From Setoptus koraiensis (taxonomy: Eukaryota > Animalia > Arthropoda), in the NCBI GenBank assembly GCA_048013815.1, contig CM106586.1, forward strand, positions 2,232,001-2,296,000: a DNA stretch of 64,000 nt. Direction: 5' to 3'. Made by a program: the position numbers and the translations under genes. Shown here in pieces: positions 1 to 9,285 of this stretch (the first letter of the stretch is position 1; every line of letters starts with the position of its first letter). The notes beneath the pieces were generated by a model. That model worked only from the letters and a program-made list of their open reading frames with translations, was not told the DNA's origin and ran no database searches.

Positions 1-1
1 C

Positions 2-1789
2 TTTCCCAAGAACAACCTCTAGGTTTTCCATGTTGCCATGTTGTCGTTCGAAATCAGCATATGGTAACCAGGCCAGCTCTGAACCGGGAGAGAACTTTAT
101 GATCTGATCGTAGACAGCTCTGGCACATTCGTATGCCTTGATCTCTGTAAACTTCTCAGCGTTGTCCAAATATGCTACTAATCTTTCTTCTGTGTCGATA
201 CCGACATCGATAACGTTTTCAATGATACTTCTGCATGTTAACTTGGCTCCTGCTCTCTCTGCCTCAACTGCTTCTTTCAACCAAAGATCTCTGTTGATTT
301 CAACTCTTTGTTTTGTGAGCATATTGATGGATCTTCTGATGATTTTATCAACCATGTGCGTATCCCCATTCGCCTCAACCAATTTAGCGCCAGCTATCCA
401 AATCTGCCTATCTGTTGGATTGCGGTTTCTTGCACTGATGAGTGTTCGCTGGGCATCGTCATAAGGCTCCAATTTAGCCAAGGATAGCCAAAGATCGACA
501 CTGGTAGGACAACATTCTTCGCGTACAGCTTGAGACAGTAGAATTCTAGCGTTTTCTGGTTTCTCTAGCTCAACACTTCGCTTCCATATAATCTCAGAAT
601 TTGGAACTGCTTCGCGAGCCTTCTGGAAGACTTTTCTTTTAGCTTCATCTTCAGACTCTAAATCAGCAGCTTTAAGCCATAGTTTCACCGAACTTGGTAA
701 ATTTCTTATAGCTCGGACGATGATACCTTTAGACTCATCCAATGGATGCAAAGCTATTGCCTGGAGCCAAAGATCTACACTATCCGGACATCGCCGGCAT
801 CCATCCATGATAAGTTGACGGGCAGTTCGGAGGTTTCCAGCTTCTTTTTCAAATTCAGCACTCGCCATCCAAGCGTTAGCTTTGTCTGGATTGGTATCTC
901 TGACAGATTTTAATAACTTTCTGGTGTGATTGATTGCCGCGACATCAGTGGAACAACTGGGAGTCATTGATTGCAAACCAGTTAAATAACCTTTAGGATC
1001 AACTACTGTCTGACCGCCAACGCTATCAGATACTTGATTTAATCTGATTCCCATCAATGTGTTACGCGCTTCTCCTATTCTTCGAAGATCGAGACTACCA
1101 GGTGTCAGAAATTGAGGGCTCGTTTGGTCCCCGGCAACCATAGGAGTCTTTAATCCTGTGACAGGGTCGATAGATGTTACTTGTTTTCCTGTGGCAATTC
1201 CTGTCTTCATTGCAAGAACTGAGTCTGGAACGGGTGTTTGTTTGTCATGTCGTTGATTACGCTGTTTCCTATTCCTAGAATCACCAACTTCTGGAATATT
1301 AGCCCACTCTTGCTCGGTGATATGTGCTAATCCTGGCTTTAGATCTCTGAACAGTTCTTGAATTTTGGGACGTTCACGACGGTAATTTTCCAGTTCTATT
1401 TTTTCTTTCTCTATCCTTCGTTTAGTTTTACCTCTTTCGGCGATATGTGCACTGAGACTGGCATATATTTTGTCTGCTTCTTTGTCCTGATCATCTAAGA
1501 CGTCTTTGTTAAATAGAGATCCTCCATAACCGGCAAATTCATCATAATTGTTGTCATTAAGATCCTCCTCTTCCTCTTCATCCTTCTTAGCTACTTTTTT
1601 TGGTGGCAAATGTCTATCATCTGGAACATCTGATGATTCTCTGGCCGGTCCAATATCTGATCTGGTGGTGAATCCAGTTGCACCTCGTCCAACACCGGCG
1701 ACATATCCAATGGGCGCGGGTAAGCCGATGAAAGCTTTCTTATTCTTATTGACTAATGCACCGGGATGAGGTACGGCAGGTGGATTCAT
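2..1789 (-). CDS. PRPF6: Pre-mRNA-processing factor 6 (U5 snRNP 102 kDa / Prp6), 5' part; 596 codons visible, continues past the left window edge
   Basis: Manual translation from ATG at 1789: MNPPAVPHPGALVNKNKKAFIGLPAPIGYVAGVGRGATGFTTRSDIGPARE (PRP6_N signature GYVAGVGRGATGFTTRSDIGPAR), then IPEVGDSRNRKQR, DLRRIGEARNTLM, QVSDSVGGQTVVDPKGYLT and HAT/TPR repeats (PSSVKLWLKAADLE, KVFQKAREAVPNSEIIWKRSVELE, CPTSVDLWLSLAKLEPY). Frame checked at the start, middle and window edge; no stop or intron found. Absent from the ORF track because it has no stop inside the window. Confidence 0.97.
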   Translation of the reverse strand, partial: MNPPAVPHPGALVNKNKKAFIGLPAPIGYVAGVGRGATGFTTRSDIGPARESSDVPDDRHLPPKKVAKKDEEEEEDLNDNNYDEFAGYGGSLFNKDVLDDQDKEADKIYASLSAHIAERGKTKRRIEKEKIELENYRRERPKIQELFRDLKPGLAHITEQEWANIPEVGDSRNRKQRNQRHDKQTPVPDSVLAMKTGIATGKQVTSIDPVTGLKTPMVAGDQTSPQFLTPGSLDLRRIGEARNTLMGIRLNQVSDSVGGQTVVDPKGYLTGLQSMTPSCSTDVAAINHTRKLLKSVRDTNPDKANAWMASAEFEKEAGNLRTARQLIMDGCRRCPDSVDLWLQAIALHPLDESKGIIVRAIRNLPSSVKLWLKAADLESEDEAKRKVFQKAREAVPNSEIIWKRSVELEKPENARILLSQAVREECCPTSVDLWLSLAKLEPYDDAQRTLISARNRNPTDRQIWIAGAKLVEANGDTHMVDKIIRRSINMLTKQRVEINRDLWLKEAVEAERAGAKLTCRSIIENVIDVGIDTEERLVAYLDNAEKFTEIKAYECARAVYDQIIKFSPGSELAWLPYADFERQHGNMENLEVVLGK

Positions 1790-2228
1790 TTTTTTGCTCT
1801 ACCTCTTGTGAAATGCTTGTCAGTATATGTATCTTGAGAGTTGCGGTCATCCTGTCACATGATTCATGTGCACTTTGTATATCTAATAATGAGCGCCATA
1901 ATAATGCGGGGTTGTCATTCCAGAAATTACGCATAGAGGGAGCAAGTACAGAATACTAGGTGGGTACAAGCACTCACAGCGAGCCCTGGGTTAAAAATCA
2001 TCAACTATAAGCTCATTGTTTTATTTAACTCAAGCCCCTCTGCCGCTCTGCTTTGATCGAGTTATTCTGTGCTATTCAAAGTAATCCATGGTTACAAATG
2101 AAAGAAAATATATTTGATCGACCAACCAGTCCGCGCGTTATATTCACGCGTTCCTGTCTCATCTTCACCATCATTTCTATATCTATCTACAATTTTCCTA
2201 TTTTATTAATACCCGATAAAAATTCAAC
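1790..2228. promoter_or_regulatory. Probable bidirectional promoter / shared 5' region between divergent PRPF6 and TFIIS
   Basis: Only 439 bp separate the two ATGs, so both promoters and 5' UTRs must fit here. Contains CGCG-rich elements around 2131-2151. Transcription start sites were not identified. Confidence 0.7.
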
Positions 2229-3244
2229 ATGGATGACGTTATCAAAATAAAGAAGAAATTGGAGAAGATAACTTCAAAAAAAGAAACAAAGCTGGCCCTG
2301 GACCTTCTAAAATCTCTAGATGAAGTACAAATGTCATTGGAGGTACTACAAAAGACCCATATTGGTATGACTGTAAACAAAATCAGAAAGTCTATTGAGG
2401 ATCCCGAGCTTAATTCGTTGAGCAAGAGCATGATAAAAAAATGGAAGAAATTATTATCCTCTACTGCGGCTGCAGCCACCAACACAACTAACTCTAATAA
2501 TAATGGCACATCAATGGATTCCATCAATCAGGGCGATGATAGTAGCTCATCATTTACAATAACTAACGACAATAATCAACCATCATCTGCACAACCATTC
2601 AAAGCTGCACCACAACCCCAAAGTTGTCCCTCTACTACTTCAGAAGTTCGCCTAAAATGCAGAGAACTTCTAGCAGATGCATTAAAAAAGCCGTTCAACA
2701 ACAGTCGCGATGATGAGGCCCTATTAGAACCCGACGAGTTGGCCGATCGAATCGAAGAAGCTATATTTCAAGAATTCAAGCGCACAGACATGAAATACAA
2801 AAATAGAGTCAGGAGTCGAGTAGCAAACCTAGGCGACACAAAAAATCCCGATTTCAGATATACAGTCCGTCTTGGCAATGTTCGACCTGAAAGAATAGCC
2901 AAGATGACTGCAGATGAGATGGCCAGCAAAGAACTGAAACAATTAAGAGATCAATTTACTAAAGAGGCTATCGATGATCATCAGATGGCCATGACCACCG
3001 GTACCCAAACTTCTGAGATCAAGTGCTCTGCGTGTAAAAAAAGCAATGTCACCTACAATCAGGTTAGTATAAATCATTCGAATCTTTCATTTTTCGTCAT
3101 TTGTTCTCCACTCTTACCTTATCATTATTTTCTCTTTGCTAAATACTATCTCTTGTATCTAAGGTCCAAACGAGAAGTGCCGACGAACCCATGACAACAT
3201 TCTGCTATTGCAACGAATGCGGTAAAAGGTGGAAGTTTTGTTGA
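2229..3244 (+). CDS. TCEA1: Transcription elongation factor S-II (TFIIS), join(2229..3062,3164..3244), 304 aa
   Basis: N-terminal TFIIS domain ([18 protein letters not shown]), central domain ([49 protein letters not shown]). A 101-bp GT..AG intron (CAG/GTTAGT ... TCTAAG/GTC) restores the zinc ribbon [39 protein letters not shown]. Confidence 0.97.
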
Positions 3245-3588
3245 TCTAGATCATACTGCAGCTACCATTTCAGGAAATGCACTCAGCATCTATTTATCAA
3301 GAATCACTTGATGATCCGATTGATTCAACATACAAACAAATAATAATACCTCTTCTTGGGGTAAACGAAACAACAAAGACTGATCTAGTTCGTATGAAGA
3401 CAGAATGAAATATCCAATCTACTGGGATTTTTTTACTTGGTACGACCGCCTTTTACTCCCTGTTGAATCTTACAATAATGTATAAATTACAAGTAATCAA
3501 GAGTGTATCATTTCTCATTGCACTACTACAACGCACTTGATTGGCTATGCTGTCTAGAGATTATCAGCTAAGATAAGAGAATCAATTA

Positions 3589-5398
3589 CTAAGCTTGACT
3601 GACGGCTGGCCGAGGACCATTCTGAGCTGAAGCCTCTTGTGGAGCTACTATCATTGAAGTGAGAGGTGACACTTGTTGCTGTTGGTTCTGAGGAGGTGCA
3701 ACTGCTGCAGCCGATGATGCAACCTGTGATACTTCAGCTATCGGAGCCGCCATTGGAGCAGCTTGTGAATATAATTCCGGCGTGATGGGTACATGTAAAG
3801 GAGCAGTTGCTGGTGCTGGTACTGTGGCCTCAGCGGTGGCCGCTGCGGGTATTGCAGCTACCATTTCCTGTAACGGTGATGAAGGGAGAGCTTGCTGAGA
3901 CGGCGAGGCCTGCTGAGACGAGACCGCCTGAGAAGACGATACCTGAGATGATTGTGGCATGTATGAAAATACGACCGATTTTGATTCAGTTAGCTTGGTT
4001 GCTTCCGCTACACTTGCCGCCGATACTGACGCTGGCGCTACTGGTGGAGATGCGAGTGCCGATACGGATGCTGATACTTCTGGTGATGATGCAAGTTGTT
4101 GTTGTTGTGGTGCTGGTAAAACAGATGACTTTCCATCGAGCATCAGAGCCAACTCGTCATCCTTTCTTGAATCTTTCGTTCTATAGCAAGCTTCTTTATC
4201 CATTCTTGTGAAACCCTCAATAATTGGCATGCCTCTCACCATAGTTGGATCAGAGCAGGTTGCTTCAATTTCCAAATTATGATGGAAGGTCAATTCATGC
4301 AATACCCATATCAATGAGCAACGACAATGAATTGAATTGTCGGCCATTAGATACACCATCGGTTGGAAGCGTCTATTTGTGTGTCGTGGTATAGCTGGCA
4401 CAGCAGTTAATTTGTTTTTTCGCAAATTAATCAATAACAAATTAGGTAGACCATCAAATATTGTTTTTGTTAAGAAACTTATCTGATTGTTGGCAAGTAA
4501 AATCTTTTGCAAATTTATATTACGAGAGAAAACGTTCTCGGGTAATGTGGTCAGATGATTGTCAGATAGATCCAATACTTCTAGATTGGTGAAATTCTTA
4601 AATGCTCTTTCTTTGACTTCTTTTACCTCACAACCTACAACTTTGAATTCAGTTAATGGACGATTCTCTTGTGTTAGACCAGCTCCTAAATAATTTGGTA
4701 TGATGAAGTCCTCTATTTGATACTTGATTATTCTCAGTGATCTCAATGTACCTTCACCATGATCAAAAATATATCTCCAATATTGTTTGCTGAATTTAGG
4801 CTTTCTTCCACTGAACGTCTCAAAGTTTAATTCAACCTTATTCAAGGTCATATTCAGATGATTGAATGAGTCATTGACAATCGAGAAATCCCCCTTAAAA
4901 GTGATACCAGAAGGGAATGGACCATCGGCAAAAGTATTAGCCAATATAAAGGTGGTTCTGTCATAGACCATTGATTGAAATTCAATCTCTTGCCAATAGT
5001 ATTCTGCTGTTCTATTGACCAAACGCTGCATCAATGGTCTTACTGACGTTGGATCTGATTCTATTTTGCAAACACATTTCAAGTCAATATTCCAGCATTC
5101 GCATGTGTTTCTATAGATAGACGAATTTCAAGAGATAATTGAGTTGTTATTCCCATATTTAAGTATTTATAGACCAATAATAGATTTAGTCAGTATATAA
5201 ATTATTTGACAATCTGTGACGAAGAATGATTGAGACATGATTGCATGCAATTTGTATTTAGGGGGGGGGGGCGGGGGCACTCTTTTGTTCTAAAACATAC
5301 CTGATATATACTATTTGTTGGTCACTGGCCACAGCAATAGATAGCCAGGAAGTGGCAAAAAGGGCCACAATAATGTTTATCAAGGAAAATGACATCAT
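3589..5398 (-). CDS. Secreted or extracellular leucine-rich-repeat protein, join(5301..5398,3589..5110), ~539 aa
   Basis: Exon 1 encodes a signal-peptide-like MMSFSLINIIVALFATSWLSIAVASDQQIVYI and ends AG/GTATGT. The acceptor CTATAG at 5111 joins in phase (R-NTCECWNIDLKCVC, a Cys cap). Typical LRRs (FKNFTNLEVLDLSDNHLTTLPENVF, LQKILLANNQISFL, LPNLLLINLRKNKLTAVP), LRRCT (NSIHCRCSLIWV...ATCSDP), then an A/S/P/Q-rich tail. No transmembrane segment seen. Confidence 0.88.
5261..5277 (+). repeat. G11-C-G5 tract in intron 1 of the LRR gene
   Basis: GGGGGGGGGGGCGGGGG read directly. Confidence 0.9.
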
Positions 5399-7712
5399 CT
5401 TGGATTGGAGTCAATTTACTTAAAAATTACTACTTTACACTATTTATATATAATTGTATATTGCTGGACAATCCTCAGCAGGGATTGGTCAATTGGACAG
5501 ATGTATTTATGTTGGTGCTAGCTTGATGATTTGATCAAACTATTAGTAATTTATCTACAAATCTCTCCTTATTCTAACATTCGACTGACTTGTTAGTTAG
5601 TCAGACTGATAATTTTGTTTTCTCTGAAGACGTTGGCTCTGTTTTCGTTGCCTCCAAATAACCTTTGCTACCTGGTCACCACAACACAACTCTAACTATA
5701 ATGAAGCTTCTACTTCTTTTGTCCGTGTATTCGGTAAAGTTACTCGAATGTATAATAATGATTGCGACTAAGATACGAACAAGTTGAAGGAATAGAATAT
5801 AATGGATTAAGTGTAAGTAGCCAAGAGAATGGAAAAGAATTTCTCGCTTCCTATTGGCGAGTTTTACCTGAAGTCTCCTCTCTCCATCATACTACTATTA
5901 CTACTACTGATGCTACCATTACAACCACCGCCACCACCGCCACCATCATCATCTTTACTACCATTACCACTACTAGCAAGGTCAGCTTCTTTGTGCGTTG
6001 TCCATTGGAATCATTGAGCTGCTTGGTTTCGATTTTTTGCCTTTTATTTTCTGCCTACATGCAAACACACAACCACGATGCATCCTCGAGTCACCTGAAG
6101 GATTTTCAAGGTCAAAGTCCGAGACATAAAGTGAGTATCTTTCAGTATTCTTTTATATTCATTTTACGTTCACACAAATACACATACACTCACAAACAGA
6201 CGGATGTTATCCCAGCAGGCAACTAGCTTATTACTTGAGCAATACATAGCTAGTTTAGTATAGATACTCCCGGACTTGGCCGTTCAAGTCACCACTGGTC
6301 AGAGAGATTGGACTGGGTTACGTTTCTATTGCTATTGCATATATGATTTCTTTTCGCTCGCTACCACTTCTCGTTGTGTGTGAGAGACACAGAGAAGAAA
6401 GAACTGGATGCTTTGCTCTTTTTGTTTTCTATTACACATTTCTCGTTTCCTTACCTATCTCAGCGGCAAATCTCTATTCTCGTCATACTGTATCAATTCA
6501 GGTTTTCTGCATTATTAAGTTCTTCAAGTTGTAACTCGTATAGGTTTGTAGCAGTTCATTGAGCATTGCATGTGGCGAGCGTGAGGAGAAATTATCGAGA
6601 GAGAGTTGCGTCGACAATGATCGTCATCATGAACTTTCGTCTCTCTTGTGTCTGAGGAGGGAGAGAGAATGCATCTACCATCACGGTCGATGCATTCCGA
6701 GGGGAAATGCTGCAATAATGGTGCAGTTCCAACACATTCAGCCTAGTGCAACCAAACAAAACATTCGCATGTTTCACATCTCCATGTAGTAGCTAGGGTC
6801 ACTATTCTTTTTCATAGAATTCATTCGTTTCATTCTTAGAGCAGATTCTCGAGCTTTTTATCGTATTCACAATAGTCAATTCACTGTAAATCGCTCACTG
6901 TACTTCGCAGCTCGCACACCCAATTATTTCATATGTTGTAACTGAACAAGCAACTTTCGTCCAAAGTGTCCAATGTTACACTTGATCGTGTAACCCAATC
7001 TACATAAAACCGGGAGAGTGATTCTTCATGAGCGACAACGAAAAGTTGCGATAGCAGATCAATCAATCGATACATGGACGACGCAATCTCGGCTGCATTG
7101 TGCAATGAAATTAATAACAAAAAATATTCAATCAACTTGACAACAAAATAACAGTTGACGACGAATAATTAAAAAATTCGAGCAGAGGGGCCTTTTTGCT
7201 TATCGGTATTTGATTTTGTGCATCAATACTCCAAGATGTTTCATGTCGAAATCTATTGCATTCAACAGTTTGTTTGTTTCTCCAAAAAGAGGTCGAGCAC
7301 TAGCTAACGATCGCATCCGAATTGAACCTCTTTTGTTCGACTATCATTTTGACAAAACAAGACAACTCATGCTGCATCATGAGCTAAAATATCGATGCTA
7401 ATAGTCAATCAATCAATAATATGTGTCCTGGTGACAGGAAAGTAGCGAATTTTATAACCTTATCAATTTGAGATAGTTGCATTGAATAATCATTCAATTG
7501 ATTGCCATCAGGCTAACAGATGGTGCTTACTACATGAGCTTAACTAGCATAGTATTGAGTCTCGAGACTCAGAGTTTCTGGAATCCATTCAGGTTCTCTC
7601 GAAGCGAATTAAGCATATCGTTATGTGTTATCAGATAAAGCAAAATATTAAATCACTCATCAAAGCATCATTGCATAAGAGAACCGTCTAATTGACAGAA
7701 CAAAACTGTCCA

Positions 7713-7720
<8 letters not shown>

Positions 7721-7750
<30 letters not shown>
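7721..7750. repeat. (CT)15 microsatellite
   Basis: Read directly. Confidence 0.95.
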
Positions 7751-7754
<4 letters not shown>

Positions 7755-8202
7755 CGGCATGAAACATGAGATGGAGTGAAAGACGGAAACTATGGCCGAT
7801 GATATTTGTCAAAACTTGAGCGCCATCTTTCGCAAGTTCGACCAACCATCGGAAAAAACGCATCAAAATCAGACTATCTTTTCTTTTTTGGTATATCAAT
7901 TCCATCAAATCAAAATGATTTTTCATTGATTGTTATCATTTATTACATCATACCTGAACGTACAATGCCTCCGATAATTAAATAATCACACAAATATCAC
8001 TAATTAAGCAGATGTATGTGAGAGAGTTATCAGATTGAGAGTTTGTAACAACTCTACTAATTACTACTAATTACTACTAATTGCTAAATTGAACAGATAC
8101 GAATATCTACAATTAATTTAATTGGTTTTTCTTTGTACAATAACATTGGCTCATTGAATATGATCTAGTGTGTGCTTGTGTGCTATTTACATAGTTATCT
8201 AA

Positions 8203-9285
8203 CTACAAAACTTGTACAGTTTGTCTGCGGTTAGTCGGCAAGGCTTTATTTATGGACAATTGATGGTGATTGCGATTGTTGTTGTTGTTGCTAATGATGT
8301 GATTGCCACTTGATTTTACATGATGTTGTTGCGAGTAAACATTGGCTGTGGCGCTAGTTACGTCCGCTCTGGCTGATGAGGCCATTGATGAGAGATCAGG
8401 TGATGATACTATTGTTATCGGTGATGATATGTCGGCAGATGATGACTTTTGAGGATGAGGCCGATAATTAAGACTAATCGATGAGGACGATAAAAGTAAT
8501 TTATTTGATGTCTGATCAACCAGTGCCGGTCTTGTTCTTGTTGTTTTATGCTGATTAAAATGTGCATTTCTAACAACTTCATTGCCATTATTGTTGTTGT
8601 TATTATTTAAATTTGTGTTGTCCTTGTTTGTTGTTTGTAGAGCTGCTTGTCGATTGGCCGTTATTGACACAGTTGTTGGTGATGTTGCCAAATGATGATT
8701 GAATGATGAACGTAAATTCATACTAACAGCATTATAATCAATTGGCTGGTGTAACGATGAAGCAACCAATGTTGCCGGACCTAACGAGTTCACTTGTTGC
8801 CTATTATTACTAATAATATTATTATTGTTAACAATAGATAGAGCGGATGGATTGTTGTTGCTATTATTAATTGTTGTTGTTTGAGCTCGTTTGTGTTGTT
8901 TGTTCCACGTGTTTGTTGTTGGTTTTGTTGTTATAGGGGCAGAATGATGATTGCTTATACCAATCAAATGACCATCACGCTTACTAAATGAACTTGGCGC
9001 CGACGACGACGAAGAGCGCGAGTAACCATGTGAATTAATCAATTTATTATTATTGTTTTTCTGATTGTTTTGATCGTATTGAATTGAGGCCAAATCCAAA
9101 CCATTGTCCATTCTCACTGTTAATTTATCCGGACTAGTGGTGGCCGTAGAAGTAGAGCTGGCACTGCTACCTTGATCGGCTTGCCTACTAGCTTGTGACC
9201 TACGAGCAACCACCGTATGACTGACATGGCTGTAATCAGGAATAATATTCTCAATTTCACCAACGCATTTACCATTACGACAAAC
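8203..9285 (-). CDS. sona: sona-like exon 6 (end of Cys-rich domain plus ~340-aa low-complexity tail)
   Basis: Acceptor GACAG/GTT; VCRNGKCVGEIENIIPDY is in frame with track ORF 8203..9213. Confidence 0.85.
   Translation of the reverse strand, partial: VCRNGKCVGEIENIIPDYSHVSHTVVARRSQASRQADQGSSASSTSTATTSPDKLTVRMDNGLDLASIQYDQNNQKNNNNKLINSHGYSRSSSSSAPSSFSKRDGHLIGISNHHSAPITTKPTTNTWNKQHKRAQTTTINNSNNNPSALSIVNNNNIISNNRQQVNSLGPATLVASSLHQPIDYNAVSMNLRSSFNHHLATSPTTVSITANRQAALQTTNKDNTNLNNNNNNNGNEVVRNAHFNQHKTTRTRPALVDQTSNKLLLSSSSISLNYRPHPQKSSSADISSPITIVSSPDLSSMASSARADVTSATANVYSQQHHVKSSGNHIISNNNNNRNHHQLSINKALPTNRRQTVQVL

Noticed and set aside
138-1959. Track ORFs 138..464+, 1548..1769+, 1756..1959+ and 1746..1934-
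   Set aside because: Antisense or off-frame shadows of PRPF6 and its 5' region.
2229-3194. 321-aa unspliced TFIIS ORF as the main product
   Set aside because: Reads through the intron and lacks the essential QTRSADEP ribbon; the spliced 304-aa form is canonical.
3807-4211. Plus-strand ORFs 3807..4211 and 3959..4186
   Set aside because: Antisense to the low-complexity tail of the LRR gene.
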